From Eledone cirrhosa (Eukaryota): a DNA stretch of 64,000 nt. Location: the NCBI GenBank assembly GCA_964016885.1, contig OZ024741.1:255750001-255814000 (forward strand), read 5' to 3'. A model generated the notes under the pieces. The model saw only the letters and a program-made list of their open reading frames with translations. It was not told where the DNA came from and did no database searches. Positions 12,701 to 22,832 of this stretch are shown here, piece after piece. How positions within the stretch are numbered: position 1 is the stretch's first letter; every line of letters starts with the position of its first letter. The translations under genes were made by a program, and so were the position numbers.

Positions 12701-15700
12701 GTGTTGTGAATTACGAGTGTTCCGATTTACGAGTGTTTTGACTTACGGTGTTTCGGCTTACAAGTGATTCGACTTACGAATGTTTTGACTTACGGGTGTT
12801 TCGGCTTGCGAGTGTTTCGACTTACGAGTGTTTCGGCTTATGGGTGTTTCGACTTACTAATGTTTTTACTTACGAGTGTTTCGGCGTACGAGTGTTTTGA
12901 CTTACGAGTGTTTCGACTTACGAGTGTTTCGACTTACGAGTGTTTCGGCTTACGTGAGTTTCGACTTAAGAGTGTTCTGATTTACGAGTGTTCTGACTTG
13001 CGGGTGTTCTGATTTACGAGTGTTCCGATGTACGAGTGTTTCGGCTTATTAGTGTTTCGACTTACGAGTGTTTCGACATACGAGTGTTTCGGCTTACGAG
13101 TGTTTTGATTTACGAGTGTTTTGACTTACGGGTGCTTCGACTTACGCGTGTTTCGACTTACGAGTGTTTCGACTTACGAGTGTTTCGACTTACGAGTGTT
13201 TCGGCTTACGAGTGTTTTGACTTACGAATGTTTTGACTTACGATTGTTTCGGCTTACGAGTGTTTCGACTTACGAGTGTTCTGACTACGAGTGTTCTGAC
13301 TTACGGGTGTTCTGACTTACGAGTGTTCCGACTTACGAGTGTTTCGACTTACGAGTGTTTCGGCTTACGGGTGTTTCGACTTACGAATGTTTTTGATTAC
13401 GAGTGTTTCGGCTTACGAGTGTTTCGGCTTTTGAGTGTTTCGACTTACGAGTGTTTTGACTTACGGGTGTTTTGACATACGAGTGTTTCGATACGATTGT
13501 TCTGACTTACGAGTGTTTCCACTTACGAGTGTTTCGGCTTACGAGTGTTTCGACTTACTAATGTTTTTACTTACGAGTGTTTCGGTGTACGAGTGTTTCG
13601 ACTTAAGGATGTTTCAACTTACGAGTGTTTCGACTTACGAGTGTTTCGACTTACGAGTGTTTCGACTTACGAGTGTTTTGGCTTACGAATGTTTTGACTT
13701 ACGGGTGTTTCGACTTACGAGTGTTTCGGCTTATGAGTGTTTCGACTTACGGGCGTTTCGACTTACGGGTGTTTCGATTTAAGAGTGTTTTGGCTTACGA
13801 ATGTTTTGACTTACGGGTGTTTCGACTTACGAGTGTTTCGACTTATGAGTGTTTCGACTTACGAGTGTTTCGGCTTATGAGTGTTTCGACTTACGAGTGC
13901 TTCGGCTTACGAGTGTTTCGACTTACGAGTATTTCGGCTTACGAGTGTTTCGACGTACGAATGTTTTGGCTTACGAGTGTTTCGGCTTATGAGTGTTTCG
14001 GCTTACGAGTGTTTCGACTTACGAGTGTTTCGGCTTACGAGTGTTTCAGTGTTTCGGCTTACGTGTGTTTCGACTTACGAGTGTTTCGACTTACGACTGT
14101 TTCGGCTTACGAGTGTTTCGGCTTACGAGTGTTTCGGCTTACGAGTGTTCTGACTTACGGGTATTCTGACTTACGAGTGTTCCGACTTACGAGTGTTTCG
14201 GCTTATGAGGGTTTCGACTTACGAGTGCTTCGGCTTACGAGTGTTTCGACTTACGAGTGTTTCGACTTACGAGTGTTTCGACTTACGAGTGTTTCGACTT
14301 ACGAGTGTTTTGACTTACGGTGTTTCGGCTTACGAGTGTTTCGACATACGAGTGTTTTGACGTACGGGTGTTTCGACTTACGGGTCTTTCGACTTAAGAG
14401 TGTTTCGACTTACGAGCGCTTCGACTTACGAGTGTTTCGACTTACGAGTGTTTCGGCGTATGAGTGTTTTGACTTACGAGTGTTTCGACTTACGAGTGTT
14501 TCGACTTACGAGTGTTTCGAATTACGAGTGTTTCGACTTACGAGTGTTTTGACTTACGAGTGTTTTGACTTACGGTGTTTCTGCTTACGAGTGTTTCGAC
14601 TTACGAGTGTTATGACTTACGGGTGTTTTGACATACGAGTGTTTCGACTTACGAGTGTTTTGACTTACGGGTGTTTTGACATACAAGTGTTTCGATACGA
14701 GTGTTCTGACTTACGAGTGTTCTGACTTACGAGTGTTCTGACTTACGAGTGTTTCGACATACGAGTGTTTTGACTTACGGGTTTTTCGACTTACGAGTGT
14801 TTTGACTTACGAATGTTTTGACTTACGGGTGTTTCGGCTTACGAGTGTTTCGACTTACGAGTGTTTCGACTTACTAATGTTTTTACTTACGAGTGTTTCG
14901 GCGTACGAGAGTTTTGACTTACGAGTGTTTCGACTTACGAGTGTTTCGACTTACGAGTATTTTGACTTACGAATGTTTTGACTTACGGGTGTTTCGGCTT
15001 ACGAGTGTTTCGACTTACGAGTGTTTCGGCTTACGAGTGTTTCGACTTACTAATGTTATTACTTACGAGTGTTTCGGCGTACGAGTGTTTCGACTTCCGA
15101 GTGTTTCGACTTACGGGTGTTTTGACTTACGGGTGTTTCGGCTTACGAGTGTTTTGACTTACGAGTGTTTTGACTTAAGGGTGTTTCGACTTACGAGTAT
15201 TTTTGGCTTACGAGTGTTTCGACTTACGAGTGTTTTGACTTACGAGTGTTCTGATTTACGGATGTTTCGACATACGAGTGTTTCGACTTACGAGTGTTTC
15301 GACTTATGAGTGTTTCGACTTACGAGTATTTCGACTTACGAGTGTTTCGGCTTATGATTGTTTCGACTTACGAGTGTTTTGACTTACGGTGTTTCAGCTT
15401 ACGAGTGTTTCGACTTACGAGTGTTTTGACTTACGGGTGTTTTGACATACGAGTGTTTCGATACGAGTGTTCTGACTTACGAGTGTTCTGACTTACGAGT
15501 GTTCCGACTTACGAGTGTTCCGACTTACGAGTGTTTCGGCTTACGAGTGTTTCCGGCTTACGAGTGTTTCGACTTACGAGTGTTTTGACTTTCGGTGTTT
15601 CGGCTTACGAGTGATTCGACTTACGAGTGTTTTGACTTACGGGTGTTTTGACTTACGGGTGTTGTGAATTACGAGTGTTCCGATTTACGAGTGTTTTGAC

Positions 15701-18700
15701 TTACGGTGTTTCGGCTTACGAGTGATTCGACTTACGAATGTTTTGACTTACGGGTGTTTCGGCTTGCGAGTGTTTCGACTTACGAGTGTTTCGGCTTATG
15801 AGTGTTTCGACTTACTAATGTTTTTACTTACGAGTGTTCTGACTTACGACTGTTCCGACTTACGAGTGTTCCGACTTACGAGTGTTTCGGCTTACGAGTG
15901 TTTCCGGCTTACGAGTGTTTCGACTTACGAGTGTTTCGACTTACGAGTGTTTCGGCTTATGAGTGTTTCGACTTACTACTGTTTTTACTTACGAGTGTTT
16001 CGCGTACGAGTGTTTTGACTTACGAGTGTTTCGAATTACGAGTGTTTTGACTTACGAATGTTTTGACATACGGGTGTTTCGGCTTACGAGTGTTTCGACT
16101 TACGAGTGTTTCGGCTTGCGAGTGTTTCGACTTACTAATGTTTTTACTTACGAGTTTTTCGGCGTACGAGTGTTTCGACTTACGAGTGTTTCGACTTACG
16201 AGTGTTCTGACTTACGAGTGTTCTGATTTACGGATGTTTCGACATACGAGTGTTTCGACTTACGAATGTTTCGACTTACGAGTGTTTTGACTTACGGGTG
16301 TTTTGACATACGAGTATTTCGATACGAGTGTTTCGACTTACGAGTGTTCTGACTTACGAGTGTTCTGACTTACGAGTGTTCTGACTTACGAGTGTTCTGA
16401 TTTACGAGTGTTCCGACTTACGAGTGTTTCGGCTTACGAGTGTTCCGACTTAGGAATGTTTCGGCTTAGGGGTGTTTCCGGCTTACGAGTGTTTCGACTT
16501 ACGAGTGTTTCGACTTTCGAGTGTTTTGACTTACGGTGTTTCGGCTTACGAGTGATTCGACTTACGTGTGTTTTGACTTACGGGTGTTTTGACTTACGGG
16601 TGTTGTGAATTACCAGTGTTCCGATTTACGTGTGTTTTGACTTACGGTGTTTCGGCTTGCGAGTGTTTCGACTTACGAGTGTTTCGGCTTATGAGTGTTT
16701 CGACTTACTAATGTTTTTACTTACGAGTGTTTCGGCGTTCGAGTGTTTTGACTTACGAGTGTTTCGACTTACGAGTGTTTTGACTTACGAATGTTTTGAC
16801 TTACGGGTGTTTCGGCTTACGGGTGTTTCGACTTACGAGTGTTTCGACTTATGAGTGTTTCGACTTACGAGTGTTCTGACTTACGAGTGTTCTGACTTAC
16901 GAGTGTTCCGACTTACGAGTGTTTCGGTTTACGAGTGTTTCGACATACGAGTGTTTTGACTTACGGGTGTTTCGACTTACGGGTGTTTCGACTTACGAGT
17001 GTTTTGGCTTACGAGTGTTTCGACTTACTAATGTTTTTACTTACGAGTGTTTCGGTGTACGAATGTTTTGACTTAAGGATGTTTCGACTTACGAGTGTTT
17101 TGACTTACGGGTGTTTTGACATACGAGTATTTCGATACGAGTGTTTCGACTTACGAGTGTTCTGACTTACGAGTGTTCTGACTTACGAGTGTTCTGACTT
17201 ACGAGTGTTCTGATTTACGAGTGTTCCGACTTACGAGTGTTTCGGCTTACGAGTGTTCCGACTTAGGAATGTTTCGGCTTAGGGGTGTTTCCGGCTTACG
17301 AGTGTTTCGACTTACGAGTGTTTCGACTTTCGAGTGTTTTGACTTACGGTGTTTCGGCTTACGAGTGATTCGACTTACGTGTGTTTTGACTTACGGGTGT
17401 TTTGACTTACGGGTGTTGTGAATTACCAGTGTTCCGATTTACGTGTGTTTTGACTTACGGTGTTTCGGCTTGCGAGTGTTTCGACTTACGAGTGTTTCGG
17501 CTTATGAGTGTTTCGACTTACTAATGTTTTTACTTACGAGTGTTTCGGCGTTCGAGTGTTTTGACTTACGAGTGTTTCGACTTACGAGTGTTTTGACTTA
17601 CGAATGTTTTGACTTACGGGTGTTTCGGCTTACGGGTGTTTCGACTTACGAGTGTTTCGACTTATGAGTGTTTCGACTTACGAGTGTTCTGACTTACGAG
17701 TGTTCTGACTTACGAGTGTTCCGACTTACGAGTGTTTCGGTTTACGAGTGTTTCGACATACGAGTGTTTTGACTTACGGGTGTTTCGACTTACGGGTGTT
17801 TCGACTTACGAGTGTTTTGGCTTACGAGTGTTTCGACTTACTAATGTTTTTACTTACGAGTGTTTCGGTGTACGAATGTTTTGACTTAAGGATGTTTCGA
17901 CTTACGAGTGTTTCGACTTACGAGTGTTTCGGCTTACGTGAGTTTCGACTTCAGAGTGTTCTGATTTACGAGTGTTCTGACTTGCGGTTGTTTCGGCTTA
18001 TGAGTGTTTCGACTTACGAGTGTTTCGGCTTACGAGTGTTTCGATTTATGGGTGTTTCGACTTACGAGTGTTTTTACTTACGGTGTTTCGGCTTACGAGT
18101 GTTTCGACATACGAGTGTTTTGACTTACGGGTGTTTCGGCTTACGAGTGTTTCGACTGACGAGTGTTTCGGCTTACGAGTGTTTCGACTTACTAATGTTT
18201 TTAATTACGAGTGTTTCGGCGTACGAGAGTTTTGACTTACGAGTGTTTCGACTTACGAGTGATTTGACTTACGAATGTTTTGACTTACGGGTGTTTCGGC
18301 TTATGAGTGTTTCGACTTACGAGTCTTTCAGCTTACGAGTGTTTCGACTTACTAATGTTTTTACTTACGAGTGTTTCGGCGTACGAGTGTTTCGACTTAC
18401 GAGTGTTTCGACTTACGGGTGTTTTGACTTATGGGTGTTTCGGCTTACGAGTGTTTCGACTTACGAGTGTTTTGACTTGCGGGTGTTTCGACTTACGAGT
18501 ATTTTTGGCTTACGAGTGTTTCGACTTACGAGTGTTTTGACTTACGAGTGTTCTGATTTACGGATGTTTCGTCATACGAATGTTTCGACTTACGAGTGTT
18601 TCGACTTATGAGTGTTTCGACTTACGAGTGTTTCGGCTTACGAGTGTTTCGACTTACGAGTGTTTTGACTTACGGTGTTTCGGCTTACGAGTGTTTCGAC

Positions 18701-19326
18701 TTACGATTGTTTTGACTTACGGGTGTTTTGACATACGAGTGTTTCGATACGAGTGTTCTGACTTACGAGTGTTCTGACTTACGAGTGTTTTGACTTACGA
18801 ATGTTCTGACTTACGAGTGTTCCGACTTACGAGTGTTCCGACTTACGAGTGTTTCGGCTTACGAGTGTTTCCGGCTTACGAGTGTTTCGACTTCCGAGTG
18901 TTTTGACTTACGGTGTTTCGGCTTACGAGTGATTCGACTTACGAGTGTTTTCACTTACGGGTGATTTGACTTACGGGTGTTGTGAATTACGAGTGTTCCG
19001 ATTTACGAGTGTTTTGACTTACGGTGTTTCGGCTTACAAGTGATTCGACTTACGAATGTTTTGACTTACGGGTGTTTCGGCTTGCGAGTGTTTCGACTTA
19101 CGAGTGTTTCGGCTTATGGGTGTTTCGACTTACTAATGTTTTTACTTACGAGTGTTTCGGCGTACGAGTGTTTTGACTTACGAGTGTTTCGACTTACGAG
19201 TGTTTCGACTTACGAGTGTTTCGGCTTACGTGAGTTTCGACTTAAGAGTGTTCTGATTTACGAGTGTTCTGACTTGCGGGTGTTCTGATTTACGAGTGTT
19301 CCGATGTACGAGTGTTTCGGCTTATT
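6775..19326. repeat. Tandem duplication of a 6276-bp block within array A (6775-13050 and 13051-19326)
   Basis: Track ORFs from 6845 to 12764 recur with the same translation at +6276 (6845/13121, 7349/13625, 11472/17748, 12764/19040). The rare variant CCGATGTACGAGTGTTTCGGCTTATTAG ends both copies. Confidence 0.93.
9990..11615. repeat. 813-bp tandem duplication nested in the 6276-bp block (second instance at ~16266-17891)
   Basis: ORF pairs 10132/10945, 10354/11167 and 10659/11472 are all +813. The rare variant GACTTAGGAATGTTTCGGCTTAGGGGTG occurs in each copy. Confidence 0.9.
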
Positions 19327-21134
19327 AGTGTTTCGACTTACGAGTGTTTCGGCTTACGAGTGTTTCGACTTATGGGTGTTTCGACTTACGAGTGTTTTTA
19401 ATTACGGTGTTTCCGCTTACGAGTGTTTCGACATACGAGTGTTTTGACTTACGGGTGTTTCGACTACGAGTGTTTTGACTTACGAATGTTTTGACTTACG
19501 GGTGTTTCGGCTTACGAGTGTTTCGTCTTACGAGGGTTTCGGCTTACGCGTGTTTCGACTAACTAATGTTCTTACTTACGAGTGTTTCGGCGTACGAGAG
19601 TTTTGACTTACGAGTGTTTCGACTTACGAGTGTTTCGACTTACGAGTGTTTCGACTTACGGGTGTTTTGACTTACGGTTGTTTCGGCTTACGAGTGTTTT
19701 GACTTACGAGTGTTTTGACTTAAGGGTGTTTCGACTTACGAGTATTTTTGGCTTACGAGTGTTTCGACTTACGAGTGTTTCGACTTACGAGTGTTCTGAT
19801 TTACGGATGTTTCGACATACGAGTGTTTCGACTTACGAGTGTTTCGACTTATGAGTGTTTCGACTTACGAGTGTTTCGGCTTATGAGTGTTTCGTCTTAC
19901 GAGTGCTTCGGCTTACGAGTGTTTCGACTTACGAGTATTTCGGCTTACGAGTGTTTCGACGTACGAATGTTTTGTCTTACGAGTGTTTCGGCTTATGAGT
20001 GTTTCGGCTTACGAGTGTTTCGACTTACGAATGTTTCGGCTTACGAGTGTTTCAGTGTTTCGGCTTACGTGTGTTTCGACTTACGAGTGTTTCGACTTAC
20101 GACTGTTTCGGCTTACGAGTGTTTCGGCTTACGAGTGTTTCGGCTTACGAGTGTTTTGACTTACGAGTGTTTTGACTTACGATTGTTTGGCTTACGAGTG
20201 TTCTGACTTACGGGTGTTCTGACTTACGAATGTTCCGACTTACGAGTGTTTCGGCTTATGAGGGTTTCGACTTACGAGTGCTTCGGCTTACGAGTGTTTC
20301 GACTTACGAGTGTTTCGGCTTACGAGTGTTTCGACTTACGAGTGTTTCGACTTACGAGTGTTTTGACTTACGGTGTTTCGGCTTACGAGTGTTTCGACAT
20401 ACGAGTGTTTTGACGTACGGGTGTTTCGACTTACGGGTCTTTCGACTTAAGAGTGTTTCGACTTACGAGCGCTTCGACTTACGAGTGTTTCGACTTACGA
20501 GTGTTTCGGTGTATGAGTGTTTTGACTTACGAGTGTTTCGACTTACGAGTGTTTCGACTTACGAGTGTTTCGAATTACGAGTGTTTCGACTTACGAGTGT
20601 TTTGACTTACGAGTGTTTTGACTTCGGTGTTTCTGCTTACGAGTGTTTCGACTTACGAGTGTTATGACTTACGGGTGTTTTCACATACGAGTGTTTCGAC
20701 TTACGAGTGTTTTGACTTACTTGTGTTTTGACATACGAGTGTTTCGATACGAGTGTTCTGACTTACGAGTGTTCTGACTTACGAGTGTTCTGACTTACGA
20801 GTGTTTCGACATACGAGTGTTTTGACTTACGAGTGTTTTCACTTACGAATGTTTTGACTTACGAATGTTTCGACTTACGAGTGTTCCGACTTACGGGTGT
20901 TTCGACTTACGAGTGTTTTGGCTTACGGTGTTTCGGCTTACGAGTGTTTCGAGTTACGACTGTTTTGACTTACACGTGTTTTGACATACGAGTGTTTCGA
21001 TACGAGTGTTCTGACTTACGAGTGTTCTGACTTACGAGTGTTCTGACTTACGAGTGTTCTGACTTACGAGTGTTCCGACTTTACGAGTGTTTCGGCTCAC
21101 GAGTGTTTCGGCTTACGAGTGTTTCGACTTACGA

Positions 21135-21203
21135 AAATAACAAATAGACGCGGTTTCAAATCTCTATGCTTTTCAAATTCATTACATTAATCTTTATTTA
21201 TAC
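21135..21203. repeat. 69-bp AT-rich interruption, copy 5
   Basis: AACAAATAG type; the right flank is GTTTGGC instead of GTTTCGC. Confidence 0.95.
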
Positions 21204-22763
21204 GTTTGGCTTTACGAGTGTTTCGACTTACGAGTGTTTCGACATACGAGTGTTTCGGCTTACGAGTGTTTTGATTTACGAGTGTTTTGACTTACGGGTG
21301 CTTCGACTTACGCGTGTTTCGACTTACGAGTGTTTCGACTTACGAGTGTTTCGACTTACGAGTGTTTCGGCTTACGAGTGTTTTGACTTACGAATGTTTT
21401 GACTTACGATTGTTTCGGCTTACGAGTGTTTCGACTTACGAGTGTTCTGACTACGAGTGTTCTGATTTACGGGTGTTCTGACTTACGAGTGTTCCGACTT
21501 ACGAGTGTTTCGGCTTATGAGTGTTTCGACTTACGAGTGCTTCGACTTACGAGTGTTTCGGCTTACGGGTGTTTCGACTTACGAATGTTTTTGCTTACGA
21601 GTGTTTCGGCTTACGAGTGTTTCGGCTTATGAGTGTTTCGACTTACGAGTGTTTTGACTTACGGGTGTTTTGACATACGAGTGTTTCGATACGATTGTTC
21701 CGACTTACGAGTGTTTCCGCTTACGAGTGTTTCGGCTTACGAGTGTTTCGACTTACTAATGTTTTTACTTACGAGTGTTTCGGTGTACGAGTGTTTCGAC
21801 TTAAGGATGTTTCGACTTACGAGTGTTTCGACTTACGAGTGTTTCGACTTACGAGTGTTTCGACTTACGAGTGTTTTGGCTTACGAATGTTTTGACTTAC
21901 GGGTGTTTCGACTTACGAGTGTTTCGGCTTATGAGTGTTTCGACTTACGGGCGTTTCGACTTACGGGTGTTTCGACTTACGAGTGTTTTGGCTTACGAAT
22001 GTTTTGACTTACGGGTGTTTCGACTTACGAGTGTTTCGACTTATGAGTGTTTCGACTTACGAGTGTTTCGGCTTATGAGTGTTTCGACTTACGAGTGCTT
22101 CGGCTTACGAGTGTTTCGACTGACGAGTATTTCGGCTTACGAGTGTTTCGACGTACGAATGTTTTGGCTTACGAGTGTTTCGGCTTATGAGTGTTTCGGC
22201 TTACGAGTGTTTCGACTTACGACTGTTTCGGCTTACGAGTGTTTCGGCTTACGAGTGTTTCGGCTTACGAGTGTTTTGAATTACGATTGTTTGGCTTACG
22301 AGTGTTCTGACTTACGGGTGTTCTGACTTACGAGGGTTCCGACTTACGAGTGTTTCGGCTTATGAGGGTTTCGACTTACGAGTGCTTCGGCTTACGAGTG
22401 TTTCGACTTACGAGTGTTTCGAATTACGAGTGTTTCGACTTACGAGTGTTTTGACTTACGAGTGTTTTGACTTACGGTGTTTCTGCTTACGAGTGTTTCG
22501 ACTTACGAGTGTTATGACTTACGGGTGTTTTGACATACGAGTGTTTCGACTTACGAGTGTTTTGACTTACGGGTGTTTTGACATACGAGTGTTTCGATAG
22601 GAGTGTTCTGACTTACGAGTGTTCTGACTTACGAGTGTTCTGACTTACGAGTGTTCTGACTTACGAGTGTTCTGACTTACGAGTGTTCTGACTTACGAGT
22701 GTTCCGACTTTACGAGTGTTTCGGCTCACGAGTGTTTCGGCTTACGAGTGTTTCGACTTACGA

Positions 22764-22832
22764 AAATAACAAATAGACGCGGTTTCAAATCTCTATGCTT
22801 TTCAAATTCATTACATTAATCTTTATTTATAC
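22764..22832. repeat. 69-bp AT-rich interruption, copy 6
   Basis: AACAAATAG type, 1629 bp after copy 5. Confidence 0.95.
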
